Below, one piece after another: positions 9,730 through 20,111 of a DNA stretch of 64,000 bases (position 1 is its first letter; every line of letters starts with the position of its first letter). Below the pieces are notes generated by a model. That model ran no database searches. It was not told the origin of the DNA and saw only the letters and a list, made by a program, of their open reading frames with translations. The stretch is from the NCBI GenBank assembly GCA_038230075.1, contig JBBRNV010000002.1, forward strand, positions 62,215 through 126,214, given 5' to 3'. Position numbers and translations under genes: made by a program. The DNA is from Minisyncoccia bacterium (GTDB taxonomy: Bacteria; Patescibacteriota; Minisyncoccia; Phycocordibacterales; CALRBL01).

Positions 9730-10920
9730 ATGGCAGATTTTGATCGTTCAAAGCCTCACGTAAACGTGGGAACAATTGGTCACGTTGACCACGGTAAGAC
9801 AACTCTTACTGCGGCTATTCTTAATGTACTTTCACGAGCTGGAAAGATGGCAACTATTAAAGCAGTTGATCAAATTGACAAAGCTCCTGAAGAAAAAGCA
9901 CGAGGAATCACTATTTCTCTTTCACACAACGAATATGCTACTGATGCACGTCACTACGCGCACATCGATGCCCCAGGTCACGCTGACTACATCAAGAACA
10001 TGATTACAGGAGCTGCTCAGATGGACGGCGCTATTCTTGTAGTAGCCGCTACTGACGGTCCTATGCCTCAGACACGAGAACACGTTCTTTTGGCAAAGCA
10101 GGTGGGTGTGCCAAAGATCATTGTATTTCTAAACAAGTGCGACATGGTTGATGACAACGATCTTATTGATCTTGTTGAAGCAGAATGTCGAGAACTTCTT
10201 ACAAAGAATGGTTTTGATGGAGACAATGCTCCTGTAATTCGAGGTTCAGCTCTTAAAGCTCTTGAAGCAACAGACAACACAGATGAATGGTCAAAGAAAG
10301 TTCTTGAGCTTGCCGACGCTCTTGATTCATACATCCCAATCCCAATTCGAGAAACTGACAAGCCTTTCCTTATGCCAGTAGAAGACATCTTCTCAATTGA
10401 AGGACGAGGAACAGTAGTAACAGGACGAATCGAACGAGGAATTATCAAAGTAGGTGAAGAAGTTGAAGTTGTTGGTCTTAAAGACACTGCAAAAACAGTT
10501 GTTACAGGAATCGAAATGTTCAACAAATCACTTAACGAAGGTCAGGCTGGAGACAATGCCGGTATTCTTGTACGAGGTCTAAAGAAAGAAGACATCACAC
10601 GAGGACAGGTTCTCTCAAAGCCAGGATCAGTAAAGCCTCACACAGATTTCGAAGCAGAAGTATACATTCTTAAGAAAGAAGAAGGAGGACGACACACTCC
10701 ATTCTTCACAGGATACAAGCCTCAGTTCTACGTGCGAACAACAGACGTTACTGGAGAAGTATCATTGGCTGAAGGTGTAGAAATGGTTATGCCTGGAGAC
10801 ACTGTTACTTTCAAAGTTAAGCTCGTAGCCCCAATTGCTCTTGAAGAAAAGATGCGATTAGCTATTCGAGAAGGAGGAAAGACAGTAGGTGCTGGAGTTG
10901 TTACTAAGATTGTTGCCTAA
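9730..10920 (+). CDS. tuf: Elongation factor Tu
   Basis: [37 protein letters not shown]. Confidence 0.99.
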   Translation: MADFDRSKPHVNVGTIGHVDHGKTTLTAAILNVLSRAGKMATIKAVDQIDKAPEEKARGITISLSHNEYATDARHYAHIDAPGHADYIKNMITGAAQMDGAILVVAATDGPMPQTREHVLLAKQVGVPKIIVFLNKCDMVDDNDLIDLVEAECRELLTKNGFDGDNAPVIRGSALKALEATDNTDEWSKKVLELADALDSYIPIPIRETDKPFLMPVEDIFSIEGRGTVVTGRIERGIIKVGEEVEVVGLKDTAKTVVTGIEMFNKSLNEGQAGDNAGILVRGLKKEDITRGQVLSKPGSVKPHTDFEAEVYILKKEEGGRHTPFFTGYKPQFYVRTTDVTGEVSLAEGVEMVMPGDTVTFKVKLVAPIALEEKMRLAIREGGKTVGAGVVTKIVA

Positions 10921-10944
10921 CTTTAATCATCTAAATCTAACTAC

Positions 10945-11304
10945 ATGGCTACGGAAGCAGTAAAAAAGACAAAGAAAGCGGTAGAAAAAAGTGAAGTTAC
11001 TTCACGACTCCGCATTCGTGTCCGAGCCTACGACTCAAAGATCCTTGATGCATCAGTAAAGCAAATCATGGACACAGCTCTTCGATTTGATGCAAAGGTT
11101 CTTGGCCCGGTTCCACTTCCAACTGAGATTAAGAAATATACAGTTAACCGCGCTGCGTTCGTATACAAAAATGCTCGAGAGCAGTTTGAAATGCGAATTC
11201 ACAAGCGATTGATCGACATTGTTAATCCAAATGCACGTATCATTGAAGCGCTTACTAACATAAGCCTTCCATCAGGTGTGAACATTGATGTGAAGATGAT
11301 GTAA
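10945..11304 (+). CDS. rpsJ: 30S ribosomal protein S10
   Basis: GPVPLPT, REQFEMRIHKRLIDI. Confidence 0.98.
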   Translation: MATEAVKKTKKAVEKSEVTSRLRIRVRAYDSKILDASVKQIMDTALRFDAKVLGPVPLPTEIKKYTVNRAAFVYKNAREQFEMRIHKRLIDIVNPNARIIEALTNISLPSGVNIDVKMM

Positions 11305-11317
11305 TAAATATACTGAC

Positions 11318-11959
11318 ATGAAATTTATCCTCGGAACAAAAGTAAAAATGACTCAAATCTTCGACGAAGAAGGTTTAGTTCATCCTGTCACAATCATCAA
11401 GGTTGCACCTGCAGTTGTTACACAAGTTAAAACAAAAGCTAAAGATGGATATGAAGCAATTCAGGTTGGATACGGAGCAAAGAAAGAAAAGAATGCAAAC
11501 ATGCCACTTAAGGGTCACCTTAAAGCAACTGGTCTTTTCCAACATCTAAAAGAAATTCGAACTGAGAAATCAGAAAAGAAAGATTGGGTGATTGGAGAAA
11601 AGATTGAACCAACAGTTTTTGAGCCTGGCGAAAAAGTAACTGTTACTTCTGTTTCAAAAGGAAAAGGATTCCAAGGTGTAGTGAAGCGTCACGGCTTTGC
11701 TGGAGGTCCTCGATCTCACGGTCAGAAACACAGCGAACGAGAAGCTGGTTCTATCGGTACTGCTGGATTCCAGCGAGTATTTAAGAACATGCGAATGCCA
11801 GGACGAATGGGAGGCGACATTATTTCTACAAAAAATCTTGTAGTGATGAAGGTTGATGCTGAGAAAGGTGAAATGCTTATCGAAGGATCACTTCCAGGAC
11901 GAACAGGTGCTCTCATTGAAATCAAAGGACAGCCCGCTAAAGCTAAGAAGACAAAATAA
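11318..11959 (+). CDS. rplC: 50S ribosomal protein L3
   Basis: DGYEAIQVG, SKGKGFQGVVKRHGF. Confidence 0.98.
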   Translation: MKFILGTKVKMTQIFDEEGLVHPVTIIKVAPAVVTQVKTKAKDGYEAIQVGYGAKKEKNANMPLKGHLKATGLFQHLKEIRTEKSEKKDWVIGEKIEPTVFEPGEKVTVTSVSKGKGFQGVVKRHGFAGGPRSHGQKHSEREAGSIGTAGFQRVFKNMRMPGRMGGDIISTKNLVVMKVDAEKGEMLIEGSLPGRTGALIEIKGQPAKAKKTK

Positions 11960-11972
11960 TTAATTAACTATC

Positions 11973-12647
11973 ATGGAAACCTCTGTATACAATCAAGAAG
12001 GAAAGGCTGTAGGAAAGCTTAATCTCCCAGAAGAAATCTTCGGACTTTCTTGGAATGCCGATTTGGTTCACCAAGTTGTTGAATCAATGATGAGTGCTGC
12101 TCGATCAAACATTGCGCACGCAAAAGATCGAAGTGAAGTTTCTGGAGGAGGAAAGAAGCCTTGGAAACAGAAGGGAACAGGTCGTGCTCGACACGGATCT
12201 ACTCGATCACCTATCTGGATTGGTGGAGGTAAAGCCCATGGTCCTCGAAAGGAAAAGAATTATGACCGAAAGGTTAATAAGAAGATGAAGACAAAAGCAC
12301 TCTTCACTATTCTTTCAAAGAAATTTAAAGATGGAGAAATTATCTTCCTTGAGAGTCTTTCAATGAAGGCTCCAAAAACAAAAGATGCAAAAGCATTCTT
12401 CGCGAATGTTTCAGCAACAAAAGGATTTGAAGGATTCAAAACAAAGAAAGTTAACAAAGCATTTATCGCTCTTTCAGAAAAAGATGTGAATGTTGAAAAG
12501 AGTTTCCGAAACTTTAATAACATTGAAGTTGGAGAAGTTCGAAACCTTAACCCATTGAATGTGCTTCGATACAAATATCTCGTTGTCGCAAAACCAGATC
12601 TTGCCCTAAGCGCACTTTCTTCTAAAGTTGAAGTTGCAAAAAAATAA
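11973..12647 (+). CDS. rplD: 50S ribosomal protein L4
   Basis: KPWKQKGTGRARHGS. Confidence 0.98.
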   Translation: METSVYNQEGKAVGKLNLPEEIFGLSWNADLVHQVVESMMSAARSNIAHAKDRSEVSGGGKKPWKQKGTGRARHGSTRSPIWIGGGKAHGPRKEKNYDRKVNKKMKTKALFTILSKKFKDGEIIFLESLSMKAPKTKDAKAFFANVSATKGFEGFKTKKVNKAFIALSEKDVNVEKSFRNFNNIEVGEVRNLNPLNVLRYKYLVVAKPDLALSALSSKVEVAKK

Positions 12648-12656
12648 AACATTATC

Positions 12657-12932
12657 ATGAATACACGATCAACAATTCTTCGACCTCGAATCACTGAAAA
12701 AGCAACCATGCTTGCAGAGATGAACGTATACACTTTTGAAGTGACAAAAGAAGCAACAAAAGCTTCAGTTGCTCGAGAGATCATGAGTATGTACAAAGTA
12801 ACTCCGGTCAAAGTAAATATCATTACAAATCCAGGAAAGAAAGTGGTAATGAAAGGAAAGGTTGGCCGAAGTTCTGGAGTTAAAAAAGCAGCTGTGTACC
12901 TAAAGAAAGGTGACACTATCGACATCGCATAA
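12657..12932 (+). CDS. rplW: 50S ribosomal protein L23
   Basis: PRITEKA, YTFEV, KKAAVYL; operon position. Confidence 0.97.
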   Translation: MNTRSTILRPRITEKATMLAEMNVYTFEVTKEATKASVAREIMSMYKVTPVKVNIITNPGKKVVMKGKVGRSSGVKKAAVYLKKGDTIDIA

Positions 12933-12953
12933 TCGCATTATTAAACACACCGT

Positions 12954-13796
12954 ATGAAAACCTTTAAACCAACAAGTAAATCACGACGAGGAATGACTGT
13001 TGTTTCGTATCGAAACTTCATCACTGCTTCTGAGCCTCTTAAGTCTCTTACAAAGGGATATAAGCGATCAGTAGGACGAAACAGTCAAGGACGAATCACC
13101 ACACGTCACAAAGGATCAGGTCACAAACGACTTTTCCGAGACGTAGACTTTTTCTACAACAAGAAAAATGTTCCTGGCCGAGTAGTTACTGTTGAATACG
13201 ATCCTAACCGATCAGGATTCATCGGGCTTGTTGTGTATAAAGATGGAGAAAAGAAATACATTCTTATTCCAAAATCTGTAAAGGTTGGAAGTGAGATCAT
13301 TGTTTCAGACAAAGCACCAATTGTTCCTGGAAACCGAATGATGTTACAAAATATTCCTGTTGGAACATTTGTATACAATGTTGAGCTTAAACCATTGGGT
13401 GGAGCAAAGCTTGCTCGATCAGCCGGAGATTTTGCTGAAGTTATTGCTCATGACGAAGGGTACACACTTCTTAAACTTCCTTCATCTGAAGTTCGAAAAA
13501 TCAAAGATACTGCTTGGGCATCAGTCGGAGAAGTATCAAATGATGAAAATCGACTCCAAAACTATGGAAAAGCTGGAAAAAGCCGATGGAAGGGTATTCG
13601 ACCAACAGTTCGAGGTACCGCCCAGAACGCCGTAGACCACCCATACGGAGGAGGAGAAGGACGACAAGGTCGAGGATTGCGTCGAGCCAAGACTCGTTGG
13701 GGTAAGCCAGTAGGAAAGGGACAAAAATCTCGAACTCCTAAGAAATACTCAAACAAGCATATTATCTCTCGACGAAAGGTCGGAAAGAAAAAATAG
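12954..13796 (+). CDS. rplB: 50S ribosomal protein L2
   Basis: EYDPNRS, RPTVRG, DHPYGGGEG. Confidence 0.98.
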   Translation: MKTFKPTSKSRRGMTVVSYRNFITASEPLKSLTKGYKRSVGRNSQGRITTRHKGSGHKRLFRDVDFFYNKKNVPGRVVTVEYDPNRSGFIGLVVYKDGEKKYILIPKSVKVGSEIIVSDKAPIVPGNRMMLQNIPVGTFVYNVELKPLGGAKLARSAGDFAEVIAHDEGYTLLKLPSSEVRKIKDTAWASVGEVSNDENRLQNYGKAGKSRWKGIRPTVRGTAQNAVDHPYGGGEGRQGRGLRRAKTRWGKPVGKGQKSRTPKKYSNKHIISRRKVGKKK

Positions 13797-13815
13797 AGCT
13801 TAAATCAACATTAAA

Positions 13816-13843
13816 TTGACACTCGTATAAATTTTGATACTAT
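13816..13843 (+). promoter_or_regulatory. Internal promoter before rpsS
   Basis: TTGACA-16 bp-TACTAT with extended TG in an enlarged intergenic gap. Confidence 0.65.
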
Positions 13844-13855
13844 TGCCTAACCCAT

Positions 13856-14197
13856 ATGACACGATCACTAAGTAAAGGTCCATATATTGACGAAAAACTT
13901 CTCTCAAAAATTGAGGGAAAAAACCCTCGAGAAACAGGGGTTATTAAGACATGGGCACGACGAAGCCAGATCTCTCCTGAAATGTTAGGCTTTACTTTCG
14001 GTGTTCACAACGGAAAAATTCATATCGAAGTATTGGTTACTGAAGAAATGATTGGTCACCGACTTGGCGAGTTTTCTCCTTCAAAGAAATTCACTAAGCA
14101 CGGAGGTAAAATGCAGAAAGAAATGGAGCAGGCTAAGAAAGATGCTGAAATTAATGCTGCAAAAGCTGCTAAAACAACAGCAGAAACTAAGAAATAA
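13856..14197 (+). CDS. rpsS: 30S ribosomal protein S19
   Basis: [21 protein letters not shown]. Confidence 0.98.
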   Translation: MTRSLSKGPYIDEKLLSKIEGKNPRETGVIKTWARRSQISPEMLGFTFGVHNGKIHIEVLVTEEMIGHRLGEFSPSKKFTKHGGKMQKEMEQAKKDAEINAAKAAKTTAETKK

Positions 14198-14205
14198 TTA
14201 TTTAT

Positions 14206-14583
14206 ATGAAAGCTTATCTCGCAAATTACAGACAATCACCACGAAAAGTACGACTACTTGCTGATTTGGTGCGAGGTAAAAGTGTTGCTCAAGCAGTTGA
14301 ACAACTTATGTTTACATACAAGCGAGCAGCAGCACCTATGATCAAAGTAATCAAAAGTGCCGCAGCAAACGCAACTCACAATAACCAAGCAAATCCTGAA
14401 GCTCTTTATATTAAAGGGATTCAAGTAAACAAAGGTCTTGTGATGAAGCGAATGATGCCTCGAGCCCGAGGATCAGCGTTTCAAATTTTAAAACGAACAA
14501 GTCATGTGTCTGTCGAACTTGCTGAAAAGGCAGTTGAGGCACCTAAAGTAGCTAAAAAGAAAGCAACAAAAAATACAAAGTAA
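14206..14583 (+). CDS. rplV: 50S ribosomal protein L22
   Basis: SPRKVRLLADLVRGK, PRARG, KRTSH. Confidence 0.98.
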   Translation: MKAYLANYRQSPRKVRLLADLVRGKSVAQAVEQLMFTYKRAAAPMIKVIKSAAANATHNNQANPEALYIKGIQVNKGLVMKRMMPRARGSAFQILKRTSHVSVELAEKAVEAPKVAKKKATKNTK

Positions 14584-14587
14584 TTAT

Positions 14588-15253
14588 ATGTCACACCACG
14601 TACACCCATATGCACACCGACTAGGAATCATTCGAGATTGGAAATCTCGATGGTTTGGTGTTAACAAGCAATACCGAGACTTTCTTAAGTCAGATGTTCT
14701 TGTTCGACAATATCTCGAGAAGCGATTAAAGGGTATGTACATTGCTGCAATTGAAATGGAGCGAGGTCAGAAAACTCTTCGAATTCTCATTAAGACATCT
14801 CGACCAGGAATGATTATTGGACGAAGTGGGGAAGGAGCAGTAAAACTAAGACAAGACGTAATGAAGCAAATGAAGCGTCTAAAACTTGAACAATTTGGAG
14901 AGCTAAAGATTGATATCGAAGAAGTTCGATCACCAGAATCAAATGCACAGATCGTAGCTCAAATGGTTGCTGAAGGATTAGAAAAGCGAATGCCTTTCCG
15001 ACGAGTAATGAAGCAGATGGTTGAAAAGGTTATGGCAAATCGAGACGTAAAGGGAGTAAAAATCTACTTAGGAGGTCGCCTTGGTGGAGCAGACATGGCT
15101 CGTTCAGAAGTTTTGAAGAAGGGACAGATCCCTCTTCAGACATTCCGAGCAGACATTGATTACGCAACAACTCGAGCAACAATTGCTCAAGGAGATTTAG
15201 GAGTAAAGATCTGGATTTACAAGGGAGAAGTGTTTGAAAGTGATAAAAAGTAA
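14588..15253 (+). CDS. rpsC: 30S ribosomal protein S3
   Basis: RPGMIIGR, GRLGGADMAR, PLQTFRADIDY. Confidence 0.98.
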   Translation: MSHHVHPYAHRLGIIRDWKSRWFGVNKQYRDFLKSDVLVRQYLEKRLKGMYIAAIEMERGQKTLRILIKTSRPGMIIGRSGEGAVKLRQDVMKQMKRLKLEQFGELKIDIEEVRSPESNAQIVAQMVAEGLEKRMPFRRVMKQMVEKVMANRDVKGVKIYLGGRLGGADMARSEVLKKGQIPLQTFRADIDYATTRATIAQGDLGVKIWIYKGEVFESDKK

Positions 15254-15266
15254 TTAATTAACCACC

Positions 15267-15686
15267 ATGTTATTCCCAAAGAAAGTAAAACATCGAAAAT
15301 GGCAAACAGGCCGAAGCAAGCGAAATGAAACTCGTATTGAAACTCGAGGTATTACTTTGGCTTTCGGATCATTTGGTTTAAAAGCTACTTCAAAAGCACG
15401 AGTTACTTCACGACAAATTGAATCAGCTCGAAAGGTGCTCGCACGAGCTGCAAGTAAAGTTGGAAAAGTTTGGATTCGAGTTTTCCCCGATCGACCTTTC
15501 ACTCAGAAAGCTGCAGAAGTAGGGATGGGTAAGGGTAAGGGAGATCCACAGGGATACTGTTTCGAAGTTCTTCCAGGGCGAATGATGTTCGAACTCGACG
15601 GCCTTGCATTAGCAGAAGCTAAAGAAGCTCTTCGAAAAGCGGGAACTAAACTTCCTGTTAAAACTCGAATCGTAGAACGAGAATAA
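15267..15686 (+). CDS. rplP: 50S ribosomal protein L16
   Basis: RQIESAR, WIRVFPD, MGKGKG. Confidence 0.98.
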   Translation: MLFPKKVKHRKWQTGRSKRNETRIETRGITLAFGSFGLKATSKARVTSRQIESARKVLARAASKVGKVWIRVFPDRPFTQKAAEVGMGKGKGDPQGYCFEVLPGRMMFELDGLALAEAKEALRKAGTKLPVKTRIVERE

Positions 15687-15696
15687 ATATACATAT

Positions 15697-15906
15697 ATGG
15701 CAAAGAATCAATACAAAGGAAAAAATGTTAAGGACCTCGCAAAAGATTTGTCTTCAAAACAAGAAGCAATGAATAAATTTCGATTTACTCTTTCATCTGG
15801 AAAAGCAAAAAACAATAAAGAAGGAAGAAATCTTCGAAAAGAAATTGCTCAGATTTTAACTGAAATGAATGCGGCTCCAAAAGTAGTTAAAGCAAGCGTA
15901 AAATAA
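15697..15906 (+). CDS. rpmC: 50S ribosomal protein L29
   Basis: [10 protein letters not shown]; position between rplP and rpsQ. Confidence 0.93.
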   Translation: MAKNQYKGKNVKDLAKDLSSKQEAMNKFRFTLSSGKAKNNKEGRNLRKEIAQILTEMNAAPKVVKASVK

Positions 15907-15911
15907 TTTAT

Positions 15912-16184
15912 ATGAAAACTCCATCAGCAAAAACATCAAAAAGTTCAGAGGCAACAACAGCATTAAAGCGAGAGCTTCAAGGTGTTGTTACTTCAGATAA
16001 GATGAAAGATACTATCGTTGTAAAGGTAGATCGATTTGTTAAACACCCAAAGTATGGTAAATTCCAGAAGCTTTCAAAGAAGTTTAAAGCTCACGACGCA
16101 GGAAACACAAAGAAAATTGGAGACATTGTAACAATTGTCGAATCACGACCAATTTCTAAAGATAAGCACTTTATCGTCAAATAA
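15912..16184 (+). CDS. rpsQ: 30S ribosomal protein S17
   Basis: [24 protein letters not shown]. Confidence 0.98.
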   Translation: MKTPSAKTSKSSEATTALKRELQGVVTSDKMKDTIVVKVDRFVKHPKYGKFQKLSKKFKAHDAGNTKKIGDIVTIVESRPISKDKHFIVK

Positions 16185-16193
16185 TTAACCATC

Positions 16194-16565
16194 ATGATAC
16201 AGCCACGAAGCATCGTAAATATTGCAGATAACTCAGGAGCCAAAATTGGCCGAATTTTCAAAGTACTTGGAAGTTCAAAAAAGCGATATGCTCAGCTTGG
16301 TGACTTGGTAGTACTCTCAGTTCAAAAAGCAGAACCTCGAAAAGCAGTTAAGAAGAAAGACGTTCTTCAAGGAGTAGTAGTTCGACAGCGACAAGCTTTC
16401 CGACGAAAAGATGGTTCATACGTTCGATTCGACGAAAACGCAGTGGTTATTCTTGAAAAAGGAAAGATGGATCCACTAGCTGGACGAATCTTCGGACCAA
16501 TTCCACGAGAAATTCAGGAAAAGGGTTTTCAGAAAATTGCTTCACTAGCACCTGAAATCGTATAA
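16194..16565 (+). CDS. rplN: 50S ribosomal protein L14
   Basis: [27 protein letters not shown]. Confidence 0.98.
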   Translation: MIQPRSIVNIADNSGAKIGRIFKVLGSSKKRYAQLGDLVVLSVQKAEPRKAVKKKDVLQGVVVRQRQAFRRKDGSYVRFDENAVVILEKGKMDPLAGRIFGPIPREIQEKGFQKIASLAPEIV

Positions 16566-16579
16566 ATAAAGAAAAATAT

Positions 16580-16795
16580 ATGCATGTAAAAAAAGGAGAC
16601 AATATAACAGTAATCGCCGGAAAGGATAAAGGCAAAAAAGGAGCCATTATTCGATCTATCCCATCTAAAGATATGGTAATCGTTTCTGGTATCAACATGC
16701 GAAAGCGACATCAGAAAGCTCGAAAGCAAGGAGGAAAGGGTCAGATTCTTGAAATCGCTGCCCCACTTCATGTTTCTAACGTAAAGAAATCATAA
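16580..16795 (+). CDS. rplX: 50S ribosomal protein L24 (short, 71 aa)
   Basis: [25 protein letters not shown]. Confidence 0.95.
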   Translation: MHVKKGDNITVIAGKDKGKKGAIIRSIPSKDMVIVSGINMRKRHQKARKQGGKGQILEIAAPLHVSNVKKS

Positions 16796-16805
16796 CTATA
16801 CCTAT

Positions 16806-17351
16806 ATGAAAATTCCTACATTTAAAGAAAAAGAAGCATCAGCTATTAAAGCACTCGGACCTCAGTTCGGTATTAAGAATGTTATGCAGTCACCTCGAAT
16901 TGTTAAGGTTATCGTCACTTCAGCTACTGGATCTATCAAAGACGCTAAAAAGAAAGAACTTGTTGGAAATCGACTCGCTAAAATCACTGGTCAGAAAGCA
17001 GCTCCTCGAGCAGCAAAGAAATCAATTGCTTCATTTAAGGTGCGACAAGGAGACCCAGTAGGGTATCAGGTGACGCTTCGAGGTGAACGAATGCAAGACT
17101 TCCTTGATAAGGTTGTTAACATTGTTCTCCCTCGAACGCGTGACTTTCGTGGCTTAAATGCTAAGTCAATCGATTCAATGGGTAACTTCAACTTCGGTAT
17201 CAAAGAACACACAGTGTTCCCAGAAACTGCAGATGAAGAGCTCAAAGACGTCTTTGGAATGGGTGTTACTGTTGTGACCACTTCAAAGGATAAAGTTCTG
17301 ACAAAAGCGCTTCTTGAGCACTTTGGCTTCCTTTTCAAAAAAGAAGCTTAA
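16806..17351 (+). CDS. rplE: 50S ribosomal protein L5
   Basis: ITGQK, VTLRGERM, LPRTRDFRG. Confidence 0.98.
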   Translation: MKIPTFKEKEASAIKALGPQFGIKNVMQSPRIVKVIVTSATGSIKDAKKKELVGNRLAKITGQKAAPRAAKKSIASFKVRQGDPVGYQVTLRGERMQDFLDKVVNIVLPRTRDFRGLNAKSIDSMGNFNFGIKEHTVFPETADEELKDVFGMGVTVVTTSKDKVLTKALLEHFGFLFKKEA

Positions 17352-17389
17352 ATCAAGGGTTTTTGAGCAGTTCGAGAGGGCGATTTTAA

Positions 17390-17418
17390 TTGACACCACA
17401 GTACGTTCTTGTTAGTAT
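17390..17418 (+). promoter_or_regulatory. Internal promoter before rpsZ
   Basis: TTGACA-17 bp-TAGTAT with extended TG, same boxes as the tuf promoter. Confidence 0.7.
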
Positions 17419-17450
17419 GTTGGGACCGCTTATTTAGCGCTTATTTATTT

Positions 17451-17636
17451 ATGGCAAAAACATCCGTCATTGCACGATCACAAAAGACACCGAAATTCAA
17501 AAGCCGAGTAGTTCGACGATGTTTTCGATGTGGACGAAAGAACGGCTACATGCGAGATTTCGATATGTGCCGAATCTGCTTCCGTGAATTAGCAAACGAA
17601 GGAAAGCTCCCAGGAGTTAAGAAATCATCTTGGTAA
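17451..17636 (+). CDS. rpsZ: 30S ribosomal protein S14, zinc-binding type Z
   Basis: 61 aa from ATG 17451; CFRC...CRIC; GVKKSSW. Confidence 0.97.
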   Translation: MAKTSVIARSQKTPKFKSRVVRRCFRCGRKNGYMRDFDMCRICFRELANEGKLPGVKKSSW

Positions 17637-17646
17637 TTATATCTAT

Positions 17647-18048
17647 ATGCGAGACCACATTGCCGAACTCATCAATAAAATCAAGAATGCAAGCTCACAA
17701 AGCTTAGAGTCTATTACAGTTCCTCACACAAAAATGGTTCTTGCAGTTGCTGAGCTTCTACAAAAAGAAGGATGGGTGGCAAGTATTACAAAGCATGCTG
17801 GCAAAGCTAAGAAGAGTGAAAAAACTCTTGAAATTGCACTTTCATACAATGAAGACAAATCTCCTCGAGTAATTGGCGTAGAGCGAGTTTCAAAATTCTC
17901 ACAGCGACTTTACACAGGATATAAAAATATTCGATCAGTTCGATCAGGATACGGGTTAACAGTAATCACGACTCCAAAGGGAATCATGACAGACATGAAT
18001 GCTAAGAAAGAAAAAGTGGGAGGCGAACCTCTCTTCAAGATTTGGTAA
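17647..18048 (+). CDS. rpsH: 30S ribosomal protein S8
   Basis: RVSK, TTPKGIMTD, VGGE. Confidence 0.97.
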   Translation: MRDHIAELINKIKNASSQSLESITVPHTKMVLAVAELLQKEGWVASITKHAGKAKKSEKTLEIALSYNEDKSPRVIGVERVSKFSQRLYTGYKNIRSVRSGYGLTVITTPKGIMTDMNAKKEKVGGEPLFKIW

Positions 18049-18061
18049 TTTATATACATAT

Positions 18062-18595
18062 ATGTCACGAATTGGAAAACAATCTATTGAAATCCCAGCA
18101 AAAACAGAAGTAACTGTTAAAGATGGACTAGTAACTATAAAAGGAGCTCAGGGAACTATCTCTCGATCTTTTAAGAGTTCAATTATTATTGAAGTAAAAG
18201 ATAATCACATTAATCTTGTTCCAAAGAAGTCTGATCTTGAAACAAATGCACTTTGGGGAACATATGCTTCACACATTTTCAATATGGTAGAAGGAGCAAA
18301 CAAACTTTTCACAAAAAAACTCATTGTTGAAGGAATTGGATACAAAGCAGATGTTCAGACAACAAATCTTGTTTTAACAATTGGTTTCTCACACCCTATC
18401 ATTCTTGCAATCCCTGAAGGCTTAAAAGTAACGGTAGAAAAAGGAGTAATCACTATTAGTGGTGTCGACAAAGAAGTTGTTGGTCAATTTGCTGCAGAAA
18501 TTCGATCGTACAAGAAACCTGAACCATATAAGGGAAAGGGAATTCGGTACGAAAAAGAAGTGGTTCGACGAAAACAAGGTAAAAAATCAGTATAA
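18062..18595 (+). CDS. rplF: 50S ribosomal protein L6
   Basis: MSRIGK start at 18062; [11 protein letters not shown]. Confidence 0.98.
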   Translation: MSRIGKQSIEIPAKTEVTVKDGLVTIKGAQGTISRSFKSSIIIEVKDNHINLVPKKSDLETNALWGTYASHIFNMVEGANKLFTKKLIVEGIGYKADVQTTNLVLTIGFSHPIILAIPEGLKVTVEKGVITISGVDKEVVGQFAAEIRSYKKPEPYKGKGIRYEKEVVRRKQGKKSV

Positions 18596-18603
18596 TTATT
18601 TTT

Positions 18604-18954
18604 ATGGCTATTCTTACAAACAAAACAGAAAAGCGAGCACGACGACAACGACGAATCAGATCGAAGGTTTCTGGCACAACAGAACGACCACGCCTTTCTG
18701 TTTTCAAATCATCAAAGTATATACACGCTCAGATTATTGATGATACTAAAGCAACAACTCTTGTTGGTCTTTCATCAAAAGATGTTAAGGCAAAAACAAA
18801 AACTGATGCATCTCGTCAACTTGGTCTTAAGTTGGCAGAACTTGCGAAGGCAAAGAAAATCGATAAAGTTGTCTTTGATCGAGGAGGATACATTTATACA
18901 GGTCGTGTAAAAGCATTGGCAGACGCCGCACGAGAAGGAGGTCTTATCTTTTAA
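18604..18954 (+). CDS. rplR: 50S ribosomal protein L18
   Basis: [23 protein letters not shown]. Confidence 0.98.
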   Translation: MAILTNKTEKRARRQRRIRSKVSGTTERPRLSVFKSSKYIHAQIIDDTKATTLVGLSSKDVKAKTKTDASRQLGLKLAELAKAKKIDKVVFDRGGYIYTGRVKALADAAREGGLIF

Positions 18955-18960
18955 TACATT

Positions 18961-19629
18961 ATGTCTGAAACTACACCAACAATTCAAACAGCAGCTTCAT
19001 CTCCCGTAACAGGAGGCTCAATGCTCGCACCTAACAGCGCCGTAGAACAGCATGAAACTCGATCAGGGGGATTCAGCGGATCTCGATCAGGAGGAGGATT
19101 CAGTGGGGGTTCTCGATCAAAGAATGATCGAAAGCCGCGACGAGAACCTCGAGCTAAACCAGAATTCGATCAGAAAATCATCAGTATTCGACGAGTAACT
19201 CGAGTTGCTGCCGGAGGACGACGATTCAGTTTCAGTGTTGCTCTTGTTGCTGGAAACCGAAAAGGTAAAGTTGGTGTAGGAACAGGAAAAGCTGGAGACA
19301 CATCTCTTGCTATCGAAAAAGCGCTTAAGAGTGCAAAGAAGAACATGATCACTGTTCCTTTCACTAACAATCAATCAATTCCTCACGAAGTATTCGCTAA
19401 ATACTCAAGCGCTCTTGTTCACATGCAACCAGCAAAAGGAAGAGGAGTAGCCGCTGGAAGTTCTGTTCGAGACGTTATCGAACTTGCAGGTATCAAAGAT
19501 ATCAATGCAAAGCTTCGATCAGGAACAAAAAATAAACTCAATAATGCACAAGCTGCTATTAAAGCGCTTTCAATGCTCGCAACAAAGCCAGCACGACGAG
19601 TCGCCCAAACAGCCGAAGCTGTAAAATAA
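18961..19629 (+). CDS. rpsE: 30S ribosomal protein S5 with long disordered N-terminus
   Basis: RVTRVAAGGRRFSF, GKVGVGTGKA. Confidence 0.97.
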   Translation: MSETTPTIQTAASSPVTGGSMLAPNSAVEQHETRSGGFSGSRSGGGFSGGSRSKNDRKPRREPRAKPEFDQKIISIRRVTRVAAGGRRFSFSVALVAGNRKGKVGVGTGKAGDTSLAIEKALKSAKKNMITVPFTNNQSIPHEVFAKYSSALVHMQPAKGRGVAAGSSVRDVIELAGIKDINAKLRSGTKNKLNNAQAAIKALSMLATKPARRVAQTAEAVK

Positions 19630-19643
19630 ATAATTAAACTGCC

Positions 19644-20090
19644 ATGCAATTTCACACCCTTACACGAGTAAATAAAAATAAGAAATCAGTTAAAGTTGGC
19701 CGTGGAGGCAAACGAGGTAAAACTGCTGGTCGTGGAACAAAAGGTCAGAAAGCTCGAGCCGGACGAAAACTTCGACCAGAACTTCGAGATATCATCAAAA
19801 AGTATCCTAAGCTTCGAGGGCGAGGTGTTAATTCAAACCTTTCAATTCAAACAAAACCTCTTGTTGTTAATCTTCGAGAAATTGAATCATCATTTAAAGG
19901 AACAGAAGTTACTCCAAAGACACTTGTTGAATCAGGAATTATCTCAATTCATAAAGGAATGACACCAAAGGTTAAAATCCTTTCTATGGGTGAACTTACA
20001 AAGAAACTCGTATTCTCAAACTGTGAAGTCTCAGCAGGTGCTAAGACAAAGATCGAAAAGGTTGGTGGTGAGGTTAAAGCAAAAGCGTAA
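19644..20090 (+). CDS. rplO: 50S ribosomal protein L15
   Basis: GRGGKRGKTAGRGTKGQKARAG. Confidence 0.97.
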   Translation: MQFHTLTRVNKNKKSVKVGRGGKRGKTAGRGTKGQKARAGRKLRPELRDIIKKYPKLRGRGVNSNLSIQTKPLVVNLREIESSFKGTEVTPKTLVESGIISIHKGMTPKVKILSMGELTKKLVFSNCEVSAGAKTKIEKVGGEVKAKA

Positions 20091-20111
20091 CCCTAAAACA
20101 AAATTACATAC

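Noticed and set aside
16194-16565. CGA reassignment to another amino acid
   Set aside because: CGA occupies universally conserved Arg positions
19057-19120. Short tandem repeat in rpsE (RSGGFSGS twice)
   Set aside because: In-frame low-complexity extension, not CRISPR or mobile DNA
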